The notes under the pieces were generated by a model. It made no database searches and was not told the DNA's origin. It worked only from the letters and a program-made list of their open reading frames with translations. This document shows, piece after piece, positions 12,896-25,182 of a stretch of DNA of 64,000 nt. A program made the position numbers and the translations under genes. Source of the DNA: the human T2T-CHM13v2.0 reference genome, Homo sapiens; assembly GCF_009914755.1 (NCBI RefSeq), contig NC_060929.1; one strand, 5' to 3'. Numbering within the stretch: position 1 is the stretch's first letter; the number at the start of each line of letters is the position of its first letter.

Positions 12896-15800
12896 AAACT
12901 CAGCCTGTTACGAATTGTTTTTATGTATCCTCCTCCTGGGGTTGACACTATTAAGCTGTGAAAGAATGTAAGCAGATGGCACCCCTGCAGCAGTGGGCAG
13001 CAGATGTCCATATCTGTGTCAGGCCCATGCTGGCCTCCTGCTCCAGGTGTGACTCATCCTGTCTGGTCCTGGGCAGAGACAAAGTGTGCTGCTTATTCCC
13101 ACAGTGGCTGGAGGAGCTGCAGACCTTGGCCTGGCTCCCACGTAGCATCCTGGCATCCATCTGCTAGCAAGTAGCTTCAACCCCCTGCTAACAATGCAAC
13201 ATCTCATTCCTGCCACAACAAGACCTATGTAGCACAGTGGTTCTCCTCAGCTTGGATCAGTGACCTGCTCTAGGGGATTGGGGAACTTTTCACATGCCTT
13301 TGCCCACGACTTCAAGAGCACATAAAACTGAGGAGACTCTTTCTGGCCCTCTCCTGCCTGGATCCACTGTGTCACCAGTTCTCATCTATACCTGTCAGCT
13401 GCCATATCAGGGTGGCATGAGAGAAAGGATCATTTCCCTGAGAATTGCTATTGCCTAGTTCAAACCATGGTTATAAGTTTCACTCTATTTTCCAAAATGC
13501 ACACACAGAAAGGGTTCCATCATATTCCCATTTCCCAGATTTGACCATGAGAGATACTAGTTCTATAAGGGATGCTTCTGATTTTTTTCTGTCTTCCTTC
13601 TAAACCAGCAGTTTTGAACTTAAGAATCAAGACTATGCTAACTTTGTTATTCCAGTTGCATAGCATCTTTCTTTCCCCAGGGCAATGTGCAAGTTATGTC
13701 TAACTTCTCTGGGCTGAAGGGAAACAGCCTTAGGTAAATAAGTGAAGAGAAAAAATTTAAAGAGCTTGGCAATGAGAATAAAGTACATAAATGCATACAT
13801 GGGTGGGGGGAGGTTATGCTCCTACAGTTAAGTATCTCTGTGTTGTACTGTACATATTAGCAATGCTCCCATATGGCTCTGGATGCTGGGCTTCTGTTAC
13901 TGATGCTGCATACAACTTGTCTTTTAATGATAATGCAGTCCTATTGCATTAAGACTCAAGACTCTCTTTGAAAGTCAAGAGTCTCTTTGAAAATGCTTAT
14001 TGATGCGAATGCCTTCATTTTTCTTGAAGAAACACATGCAAGAAAAGAAGCATAAGAGGAAAACCTTGAACAAAAACCCTGAGAAAAAATTAATGATTTG
14101 TAATCTCTTGTCTTAGTTTTATCCTTACAATAAAGCTTTCCTTTTCCCTTCCTCTGTGCTGTCTTCCAACTTCCTGATACCTTTCACTGCATGCTGAACC
14201 TCTGTTTCCATGTGGGCCCTTTGTGGTGCCTCCCCACTATGCACACAAAGGTCCTTTTCAAAAACTCAGGCAATATACTTGTTTGGTACTAACCAGCGGC
14301 TTACTAAGTCACCTCACATCCTGGTGCACAGAGCACTATAGATAATTAACATTGTGAATTCTCCGTAAAAATCCAAGCCAACGTACTGTTGGTCAAAGAT
14401 TTCAAACACAAGAAAATCCTTTGTGTGAACAGGAAACTGATTTGCGTACTTACTGTTAACTAGACAAACAACTTGTAAGTGAATTGCATTTGTGCTCTTG
14501 GCAGCCCTGTTTGTATAAAGAGGCTTAGCTAGAAGATTAAAACAAATTCTCTTAAAATATTGCACTGTAAAACCATACACCTGCCCAGAGTTCAAAGACT
14601 GTGGTCTGATATGTTGTATAAGCATCAGGAAGCTCTGACATGGGAAACAGTTTATAGTCACATAGCTAGACATCTAAGGCAAATTCCCCTAAGTCCAAGG
14701 CAATGTGAAAAGAGAAAGCCAGACTCATCCACTTCCTGAAGAAAGGCCAGGTGGAATGATAGCAAGCCGTACTTAGGAAGCTTCCAAAGTCCTGTGGATG
14801 AGGGAAACTGATGACTACTGAAAGGCAGGCAAAACATGAAGCCACTCGGGTATGCAATGACAGAAGACAATTTAGGATTTTGTTAATTCCAGCAATTATT
14901 ATGATTATGAAAAAAATGCTTCTTCTTAGCCTATATGGTGATTATCCTTTAGTTTCTGTTGAAGATTATGGTCTGAGGGAAATAGTAGGATATAGAAAAC
15001 ATAAGAAGTTTTAGAGAAGCAACAAGGCTGTTCAAGCTTTCACGCAAGCTGAAATTTTCTGGGAAACTACCCACACACCAGATAATATTAATATAACCCA
15101 GGTGTGCAGTGGGTGAAGCAGGGAGAGGCCCATTCATCTAGGTGTTAAAAAAATAACTGCTGCTTTTATTACTACCTGTAATTTTCAAATTAATGACCTA
15201 ATGCTGCACAGGATAAATAGACCACCTCATAGAGGATAGTTGAATTTATTTTTTTAACCCAAAGCAGGAAATGCTCTTGCTGGGCTCTGTCCCTCTCCTG
15301 AAGCTGCTCTGGGCACCCTGCCAAGGATTGCTCACCAGGCTCCTATTTTCCTTTTTTGATCTCATCCAATCCGTTTACCTTATGCTCTCACTTTTTTTTT
15401 TTCTTATTTCTCTGTATTATATACCTCGTGCATGTTAGGTAATAGAGGCAAACTGCATTTCCTGTCTGCCTGCTTAAAGCAGGGAAAGATTAGCTTGGAC
15501 AGATGTAAAAAGCACTTGCTAGTTTTGCCTTTAAAGACACAAGGATACATAAAAATCCTTTAAAAGTGAGACTAAACTGCACATCCATAAGCCTCTGGGA
15601 TGACTGTGTTTCTTTTAGATAAAACAAATGGTTTTGGGGAACTTAAGCTATCCATGTGGATCCTTCCTATGTGGTGTGCAAACAGGTGGGCCACTCATGG
15701 GCTCAATGCCAGTGAGTACCCCCACTCCATGGGAATTCATAGAATGCCCAGTGGCAGCCTTCAATCTCTGGTTCCTTGCAGAACAAGGTACCCAATCTCC

Positions 15801-16566
15801 CGTTAAATTAGGCTCTGTTTCTTTCACTGAAAGAATTATGTCTTTATTATTTACTTTCCAGAGAAACCTGTCTTTACAAAACTCCAAAGTTTAAGCCTCT
15901 TAGCATTTTCTCATCAGTTTTAGCAGACATTTCAAACTAACCAGACTCAGAGACACATTCATCATTCCATCTGTCTCTCAAGCTCTCCTTCTCTTCAAAT
16001 GGCTGTTCTACTTCTGGGTAACTGATTTAATTTTATAAGTCTAGCTACAATCCCCTTAATAAACTTACAGGGATCTAGTTCAGGTAGGTGGAATCATGAA
16101 TGCTACATGGAATGCCACCTGTTGGAGTTTGCTTTCATTGTAGAAGAAACTTTGCACCATATGAGCTGCTCTCCAGGAAGCACCCTTTACATCCATCATG
16201 TTGCTTACTCTTTCATTTCCTGCTATTTCAGCTGGCAGTGGTGCACCCATGTTCAATTTCTGATTGCACCACTTCCTAGCTGTGTAACATTGAGGAGAGT
16301 CCTTTAAGCCTTGGTTTCTGGCTTAGGACCATGCCAAACACAGTATTATCTGGTCTTCCTTTCTGGATTTTCCCTTGGAGCCAGAGGCCATTTCCACTAA
16401 ACTGAAAAAGACAAAGCATTGCCACGCAACTAACAAAGAATTGATGCCTGTTCCTTGACCCTCCCTTTATAAGATTTCCTATTTCCTGCTGCAGCTGCTG
16501 AAATTAGGGATTCACTGACTTCAACAGTTGATATCGACTCATTTTTTATCTTCCTGTGATGCCCAC

Positions 16567-16567
<1 letters not shown>

Positions 16568-16636
<69 letters not shown>

Positions 16637-16650
16637 GAAAGAGAGAGAGA
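16568..16650. repeat. Compound (CA)n(TA)n(GA)n microsatellite
   Basis: Direct read. Confidence 0.95.
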
Positions 16651-17114
16651 TTGAAAGAGAGAATTACTTAACAAGCAGTGATGAAAACTTAAGACATGTT
16701 TGTTGTATGAATGAACCTTACTTAGTGAAAACTTGAAAGGGTAAAACTTTTTAAAAACTAATATGGACATGCCTAGACCCACAAATGTGTTATTTAGCAA
16801 AGCACTTTGAAACACCAAAGTAGCACACCACAATTACCAGCTAACTTCACCGAAAAGATTTAGGGTTTTGAACAGGAATGTTCCATAGACCATTCTGTTC
16901 AACACTGTTCAATAATGAATCCAGAGAGTCCTGATTTTTCAAGTTGAAGAAAGGCCAACTTGTCTTGTCTGTGACACTTATCAGGTGTTTCCTGAATGTC
17001 ATGTGCCAAAGTCTATTTTTATGCAGGCCCAGAAGTCTTTTGTTGCTACAGCAAAGAATCATAGACCAAAATCCCAGATACAAAATGATTTAGAAAACAC
17101 TAAAAGTATAAAAA

Positions 17115-17228
17115 CTGAGAGTAGCTGTCTCATATGGTCATGGTGAAGATTAAATGAGATCATATGTTATATACTCAGCAGAGAGCCTAGTAAGCACTCA
17201 GCAAATGTTAATAACCATTGTTATTTTT
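17115..17228 (+). mobile_element. MIR 3' part
   Basis: gtgaagattaaatgagat...agtaagcactcagcaaatgtta. Confidence 0.7.
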
Positions 17229-17355
17229 ATCAAAGTGTAAAATAGCATTTTGAAATTTCACAGAGACTGCAACTAAGCTAAAATATGCAACTCTGCTTAT
17301 AAATATGTACTAATGACAAGTGCTGTCTTTTAATATCCTATGATCATAAAACATC

Positions 17356-18140
17356 TGTCTTGGTAGGGATCCCTTGAAATAGGTCCTGAGTCAGGGAATT
17401 GGGTGCCTATGAATTACTGAGAGAGTCCTCATCAGGAAAAACCTGTAAAGGGGAGACGAAAGTAAGACTAGAGAGGGATAAAAGAGCAAGGATGTGGTCT
17501 CAGACAAAACCTAGCCTTGCCTTGATCCATAGGAAGGCTCTGGGGCTTAAATCATACAGCGTTGTTGCCTATTGAGGATCAGCCTTTTATACTCCCACAT
17601 CCATGAGCCATTTGCTGTGAGCTGCACCTCCTTCCACATGAAAGATGAGGGCATAATCTCTAGGGCAAGGCAGTCCCCTTCAGCACAGGGTAATTCTTCA
17701 AAAGTGGAGAGGTGTGTTTGTTAGCTTGGGCTGCCATAGCAAAATAGCACAGACTGGGTGGCTCTATTTCCTCATGGTTCTGAGAATAGAAGTCTCAGAT
17801 CAAGGTCCAGCACAGGTGGTTTCTTATGAGGGCCCGATTCCTGGCTTGCAGGTTGCTGCCTTCTTGCTGTATCCTCACATGGCAGAGAGAGAAAGAAAAA
17901 AAATTCTCTTTCTCGCAGTATAAAGTCACAGCCTTATTGAGTTAGGACCCGACCTCTATGATCTCATTTAACCTTAATTACCTCCTGAAAACTCTATATC
18001 CAGATATGGTAACTTTGGGGATTAGGGATTCACCATACGAACTTTGAGGTGACACAAGTCAGTTCATAGCCAGAGGCATCTGTGACCCTTTGGCAGTCAA
18101 CACTCATAGCAACTGAGGCATATGTACAAAGGCCAGGTAT
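17356..18140. mobile_element. Ancient ERVL/MaLR-type LTR (family unassigned), host of nested MLT1 elements
   Basis: LTR-like text 17356-17712 (aggaaaaacctgtaaagggg...agcaaggatgtggtctcag) resumes after 18072. Confidence 0.45.
17713..18071 (-). mobile_element. MLT1A-like solo LTR
   Basis: gggctgccatagcaaaatagcacagactgggtggc...tcatttaaccttaattacctcc...cagttcatagc; 5-bp TSD agagg at 17708-17712 and 18072-18076. Confidence 0.85.
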
Positions 18141-18637
18141 GATAGATTGTTTGCAAAAAAGATGGCAATTCTTCTTTCTGTATGCATGACCCTTTCAATA
18201 TGACTTTGCAACTCCCTCACTACTCTTTGTACCTGGACTGGCTTTATGAATTATTTCGACCAATGAAATGCAGAAGTGACATTGTACCACTTCTAATCTT
18301 AGAGCTCAAAAGGCTTGCTTCCACTTGCTCTCTTGCAGCTTGGACGCCACCACATGAATAAAGCTGGGTTGTCCTGCTGGATAAGAGGCATCATCCTGGC
18401 CAGTAGCAAGCCAGCCAATGACCAAACACATGAATACAACAGCTAGCCTCCAGTCAATCCTCAAGCTGACCACAGACACATGAGTGAGCCCAGCAGAGAT
18501 TAGCTAAGCCTGGATGGATCAGCAGAACTACCCAGCTGACTGGTAAATTTGGGAGCAATAATAAATGGCAGCTGTGTTAAACTACTAAGCTTGGGGCATG
18601 GAAGGGGCCTGTTAAACAGCAATAAATAACTGATACA
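18141..18637 (+). mobile_element. MLT1 (G/H-like) solo LTR
   Basis: gcagaagtgac...atgagtgagcccagc...cagaactacccagctga...aataaataactgataca terminus. Confidence 0.8.
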
Positions 18638-18999
18638 TACACTAAAGTGAACCTGGACAGAAAAATGGAGTTAATACAGGTCACCAAGCATCTTAAAGAA
18701 ATAATTCATGAAATTCCTATGTTTTTCTCAGGGGAGCTTCTTTAATGAGTAGCTAATTCTATGACTTTTTAAAATAATATAAAAACTTAATCTGTCATCG
18801 GCAGACATACTCTTCTCAGTAAATATTGAATCAAATTCCTAGAGTCTAGTTCAATTACTGTCTAGCCTCAAGGATACATATCTAGATTTAAAACCAATCT
18901 TGGTCTAAGGACATTGATCTCACCTCAGCTTTCTTTCTATACCGCAGTCCACAGGAGGTATAGAAGCAAAACACGGTACTTAGAAAAAGAATTTTGGGG

Positions 19000-19175
19000 C
19001 TTATGAACTGGCTTTTCCATTTTGTATTTGTATAATTTGGCAAAGAACCTGTCTGAATCAATTTCCTCATGTGCCAAATGAGGATAATATTCTATAACTA
19101 CAAGAAAATTATCAAGAGGCTCAAATGAAATACCAGTGTAAAAGTCTAGATAAGGTGAGAAATGTTACACAACCA
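19000..19175 (+). mobile_element. MIR relic
   Basis: Core-like tctgaatcaatttcctcatgtgccaaatgaggataat. Confidence 0.55.
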
Positions 19176-20182
19176 TGAGTGAATTTGAGGGGACCTAATC
19201 TGTATATCCTTGGAGACTCTGGGATGAAAAGATAACCAGGAGTTCTTGTTGTATAAAGGTTCTGATACTTCCTGAGATAAATGCAAAGTGGATTTTGAGA
19301 AACATGCTCAAAGTTTGAGCCTTTGAGATAAACGTGGTCCCCAAGTTCTTACCCTGAAGTAGAAGATATCTGACATGTGCCTCAGCAAGAGACTCTAATC
19401 ATGAAGCAAAAAACAGCATGTTTGGGGCATAGCTCAGAATACTTCTGACCTGATTTGAGACATCTGTTCTAAATCCTTCAACAGAGGGAACAATAAAAAG
19501 GAAAAGTCCTGGTTATATATTGAAGTCCTAAACAAAGAATTGGCTTTCCGGTTCACATTGGCTAACTGAATACAAAAGTTTACTGTGGGGGAAAGAAATC
19601 CCATTAAGATGACAGAAAGCCACATATACATACACATAAAAAGTGAATCCGTAATAGAGTGGGAAATTCGAAAGTGATGCCACCGATCAAATTTCTAGAG
19701 GATATGGAGTCATTCAGACTAGATTGAAAGTGGAAACTAAGAAAGCTGAGGAAGCCACGATCTCATATAGAAGAAACAGAAGGTCAAACAGAGTGTGTTT
19801 TCCCAACTGTGCCCCCAAATAATCCAAAGAGCAGAACCAGTGGGAACTAGGGGAAAGAGCAGGATGAAGACCGTTAGTAAGCTGACTAATTAAAGGATTT
19901 CAAAACATTTACATCAGTGTCCACTCATGTCCCTGATGTCATGAAGACAGTGGTTACTTCTTAGAGCTACGACTCCAGATTCAAGCCATGAGAACACTTC
20001 TCTAAAGTGAAAGTTGGGGCATAGAGAATTCCAGAGTAGCTGAGGCTGGAGAAGCAGAGCAGTACTACAACCTATGGTTACTGTGAGGGACTGGAGCTCT
20101 TGGCATTTGTGATCTCATTCATACTTTCCCTACATAAGCTCCCAGGGCTCCTGTAATCAGAACCTGTTTCTGTGTCACATGA

Positions 20183-20488
<306 letters not shown>

Positions 20489-21440
20489 TAAGAGCAGTGA
20501 TTTTCATTCAGGCTAGGATTCACATCTATAGCTAAGAACAGATAACCAGAATATCTAAATATTTGTGGAAAATCAACCATAAATATATCAACTATAATAA
20601 CAATAACCACAACAAAGTTCTAAACTCAACAAGCAGAAAAATTAACCCCTGGGGAAATAACAAAATCCAAGCAAATGAAAGAAAACTACAAAGGAATATA
20701 AACACAAGAAATTAAATAAAACTTCAAAATAAGAATAATTTCCTCAGATTGGTTTGAAGAGATACTGTGTTCAAAAGAAAATAATATATTGTAGTGAAAA
20801 AGTGACAAGGGAGATCTCCAAAGTAAAAAATATGATCACCATCTATTGGCGGCTCAAACAGAAAAATGTACACAGCTAAACAGTCAAATAGGCAGAAAAT
20901 AGAGCCAAGTGATTCTCCTACTATGTAGTCCAGAAGGACAAAGAGGTGAAAAATACAGGGGGAAAACCTAAAGAACATGAGGAAGAGACCCAGAAGAATA
21001 TTCATCCATTTATTAGGCATTCTAAAAAACAGAAGAGAGGGGATGAAGGGGAAGAAATAAAAATAATAATAGAGTAAAATATCCTCATCCTTCAGATGAA
21101 AAACCTCAAATTAAAAACAAAAACAAAACCCACTAGGCTTATCTTGATGAAATTTTGGAAACAAACAATAAACAGACTATCCTAAAACACTTCATAGAAA
21201 CAAAGGGTATACCAATAGGAAACAGAATCAGATTAACATTGAACTTCTTATCTGCAAAGACAGTTGCTAGAAAATAAAGGGACAATATCATTACAATACT
21301 GGGGAAAGGCCATTTTGAATCTAGAATTCTATACCTAGCCAAACTCTCACTAAAAGATAAGAACAAGGTAAAGATTTGAGGAGTGTGTCCTTACTCAGAA
21401 AAGGTACCATTAAAAAAAAGAAAACTTTTCTAAAAGATTT

Positions 21441-21520
21441 TATATATATATATGTGTGTGTATATATGTATATATATGTGTATATATATGTATATATGTA
21501 TATATATGTGTATATATATA
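21441..21520. repeat. (TA/TG)n microsatellite
   Basis: Direct read. Confidence 0.9.
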
Positions 21521-21878
21521 TTACCTAATACACATTAAGAGAACAGTATACTCCACAGTAAGAGAATATACATTCTTAAGATCCATAGAATATTTACAAA
21601 AATTGACCACATACCTATGCATACCCAAACACATACATTCACACACACGCTCTTGATAAATTTCAAAATGCAGAATTTATTTTAGCAACAATTTTCTAAC
21701 TCCAATGAATAATAAATTAACAACGAAAGAGGAGCAAAAATTATTCCATTTGCTTGAAAATTGTTAAACATCTTTCTATAATAAATCATGAGTAAAGTCA
21801 AAAGTAAAAACTGAATGTATAAACAAATTGGAGCTGAAAGACAAGGAGAACAAGATTTATAGGATGTGGTCAAAGCAA

Positions 21879-22677
21879 TGAAACGGAAGAGTTCCCTGAT
21901 TCCCCTTGCAGGGCGTGCGACAGGGGTGTGGCTCACCTGTTCAGTAGCCCCCTCTGCAGAAACCCCTTGCGAGAGGGGGAGCACGCAGATGGGCAAGTGC
22001 AGAGGCCGGGGTGAGGGCTTTGGGCTCTGGCTCTGCGGTAGCGTCTAGAGGTGGGTGCCTGCAACCCCAGTGTTACAAAGCTCTTTCAGCTTGGCCACCA
22101 CAGACAGCTGGAGTGTTAACCAGCTCAATGGACCTTCTGCTTTTTCACAAGGGCAAAGGACCAGGGGACAGCTTTCTGTATTCCGAGCTCTTTTCCAGAA
22201 TCCAGGAAAAATCGGGTCACACACGGACTTGAAGGATGAATGCGAGGTTTTATTGAGTGGTGGAAATGGCTTTCAGCAGGATGGATGGGGAGCTGGAAGG
22301 GTGGGGATGGATGAAGTGGGAAGGTGATCTTCCCCTGGAGTTGGGCCGCCCAGGGGCTGGACTCCGCTCTGACTGCCCCGAGCCAAACATCTCTCGGTGT
22401 CCAGACGTCCCTCCTCTTCTCTCTTTCTCTGCTACGTCGTTTTGCCGTCAGTCGGCTTGCCTCGTATCTCCTCACCTGCTGGTATGCTCTGGAGGTTGGG
22501 GTTTGGGGTTTATATGGGGGCAGGATAGGGGGCGTGGTGGGTCAAAAGGCAACTTTTTGGGCCCCAAACAGAAACGCCTCTTCTCATTTAGGGCCGCGGG
22601 TATCCAGGCTTGAGGGTGGGGCCTTAGCCAGGGAACCGCCCTCTTCTACTCAGTATTTCCGTCTCCTGTTCGTGTCA
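21879..22677 (-). mobile_element. ERV1 solo LTR, LTR1-like (799 bp)
   Basis: TG...CA termini; 4-bp TSD gcaa at 21875-21878 and 22678-22681; minus-strand start TGACACGAACAGGAGACGGAAATACTGAGTAGAAGAGGGCGGTTCCC; minus TATAAA at 22509-22514 and AATAAA at 22249-22254. Confidence 0.85.
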
Positions 22678-22749
22678 GCAATACACAGAAGAAAATCCAT
22701 TCCTAAAAACATATATAAGAGAATAATAAAATTGAAAACTAAGTATTTG

Positions 22750-23342
22750 TGAAACCACCTTTGCAAAAATCATTATCAGTGAGAAAAGTATGACAGTGAA
22801 AGAGAGCGGAGCTAAATGCTTTTGTAAAGCTCATGGAAAGCCATCAGGCTTGGGGAAGGAGAGGAGCCTGAATCCCGCTAAGGCTCAGACATGAACGATT
22901 GTTAGGCGGTATTCCAGAGGTTTTAAGACATGCAACTTCCCCATTTACTCCTACAAATAACACCACTACTTGACATTGGCCTTTTGAGATATCTTTTCAA
23001 GTTTCTTTGCATGTCTGACACCCATGACTCCACTTGGGATCCCCCAAGCCTGCTCCCGTGGCCCCACCCAGACGTGACTCAGCAAGCAGAAGGACAGATT
23101 CGACCCCCTATGAATTCATCTCTGCCTCAACTAATCAGCTGCAAGCCTAGCCACTCTCACCCTTTCCCCCAAAATGCCTTTGAAATACTTTTAACCTAAA
23201 GGCTATGGAGGAGAATGATTTGAGTACTAACTCCATCTCCCACATGGTGTGGCTGGCCTCATGTCTATTAAACTATTTCTCTACTACAATGCCATGGTCT
23301 GTCTTTGTGCAGCGGGCAGGAAAAACCCCTCAGGCAGTTACA
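22750..23342 (+). mobile_element. LTR8-family ERV1 solo LTR
   Basis: Starts tgaaaccacctttgcaaaa and ends ggcagttaca; attaaa at 23267-23272; flanks tttg / tttc. Confidence 0.85.
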
Positions 23343-23569
23343 TTTCAACTAAGAAGATTAATAAAGGAAAATAAATACAAATAAGAATAAAAGAAGATAA
23401 CTATAAAATAGAAAACTGAAAGATTAATAAAGCTTTGATTAATAAAACAAACCAATGTTGTCTTTTTAAAAGACAAATAAATGAGTCAAATCTTCAGCAA
23501 ATATTAAAACAGGGAAGAAGTCAGCACTTCTGTAAAAACAGGCACAGAGGAACAATCAGGATCTTATAA

Positions 23570-24040
23570 GCTGAATTATGAGGCCTGAACTATATTCATT
23601 CTGAAGGCCACGGGGAGCCATTCTAGGGATTTCTGAGGAAAGGAATGGCCATGGTCAGATCTGTGGTTTTGGGAGCAATCCCTCTTGTAGATATGAGGAA
23701 GGAAGAGAGGAGAATCAAGTTAGAGATACCAGCAAGCAGGCTTTGCAAGAGCCCAAATAAAGCAGTGGCAGCAGGGATAGAAGGCATGAGAAGGATTCAA
23801 GAGGTGTTTATAGTGAATAAAATATAGGCTTTGGTGACTAATTGAATGGCAGGAGTAAGGAAAACAGAAGAAAAGCAGACCTGGAGGGTAAAGATGAGTT
23901 CACATTTGAACATGTTGAAACAGAGTTATCCCTAAGTCATCCAGGTAGAGATGGCACATGGGCTTTAGACATTCAGATAGGCAGCTTGGAGGAGGCCTGG
24001 ATTAAATACCTAAATTTGGGTTTTATCTGGGTCTAACATT
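23570..24040 (-). mobile_element. L2 relic
   Basis: ggggagccatt...atggtcagatctgtggtttt...gatgagttcacatttgaacatgttga. Confidence 0.7.
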
Positions 24041-24899
24041 AATTAATGGCAGATCCAAGGATAGAGTTAGTCTTTCATGCCAATTTGGATCAGTTTGTAG
24101 TGTCATATTGAAGACACATGTTCAGAAGGACTGTGCGGCCAAGTCAAGGATGGGCAGGAATGAGTACCAGGACAAATCAGCAATACATGCCATGGGCCTA
24201 AGCCAGAGGTACAGTGGCAGGCAGGCAGCACATTGCCTGACTCTGTCATAAACAGTTGAACTCATGGTCAAGTTTGCCCCCCAAACAGCATGTAGCATAT
24301 GAAGAAAACCATGATCAAGAGGAATCCAGTGAATCACCAATATTTAAGAAGTAGATAAAAGAAGGTTTGTCTTAGGATAAGTTCAGCAATTTTTATCAAC
24401 CTGGGTTTTTAAGCATTTCACCCTTTTCACAAGGAGTCACAAAGTTTTGCCCAGGTTGTACCTGTAATGATGCAATTTGAAAGCTACGTGTATCAATTGA
24501 CTTCACTGCTTCCCAATTTTTATTAATACAGAATTCCTATCCATTGTCTCTTGCCTTTAACTGAAGCCTCTTATGTTTGAGATCTAGTAACTATGGTCCT
24601 AAACTAATATCCAAAACAAATACTCTCTTTGGCTATCCTTAATACACTGCATTGATTTTTTTTCTCCATTCAATAAAGACAGAAATAGCCTGCTATCCTT
24701 ATTAAATCTAAATTAGATTAAAAATGTATGTACTAATGCTGAGTTCTTAGGGATAAGATGGCCTAAATCAGAAGTCAGAGAAAACTTTCATAAATATCTA
24801 GAACATAAAGTCGACCTGACCATTATAGTATTCCAAAGTCTTAATATGTGGCTCATGAATGAGAAACTATTTTGATTGTATCATGTTGTCCTAAGAAAG

Positions 24900-25182
24900 G
24901 CTTTGTGCTAGAAGTCAGCATGTGTTTTAGTTTGCAATGTGTCAGTAACGGCTGTGAAACTTTGAGTTAGGTAATTGGTTGCTGGGGTGACCAACTTATT
25001 CCCAGTTGCCTGGGACTTTCCCAGTTGTAGCACTGAAAGTGCTGCATCCCAGGAAACCTCTTACTTAGCTCAGGGCAAACCACCATATTGGTTGGTATCT
25101 CTGAACCTTAATTTCCTCATTTGTAAAATGGGATAACTGAATTAAATAATCTGTAAAATCCCAGTCGACTCTAAAATTCTAG
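24900..25182 (+). mobile_element. MIR relic split by MER81
   Basis: ggctgtgaaactttg upstream and ctctgaaccttaatttcctcatttgtaaaatgggataa downstream of the MITE. Confidence 0.65.
24983..25101 (+). mobile_element. MER81 (hAT-Blackjack MITE)
   Basis: ggggtgaccaac...gcctgggactttcccag...agcactgaaagt...cagggcaaac...ggttggt. Confidence 0.75.

Larger units (their letters stand above)
20520..23510 (+). mobile_element. Very old L1ME-like ORF1/ORF2 relic, interrupted by two ERV1 LTRs
   Basis: ORF1-like gaatcagattaacattgaactt...ctagaattctatacctagccaaact; ORF2-like A-rich text on both sides of the LTRs. Confidence 0.6.

Noticed and set aside
21866-22752. Overlapping 60-142 aa ORFs on both strands
   Set aside because: Consequence of the GC-rich LTR; no recognisable gag/pol/env motifs
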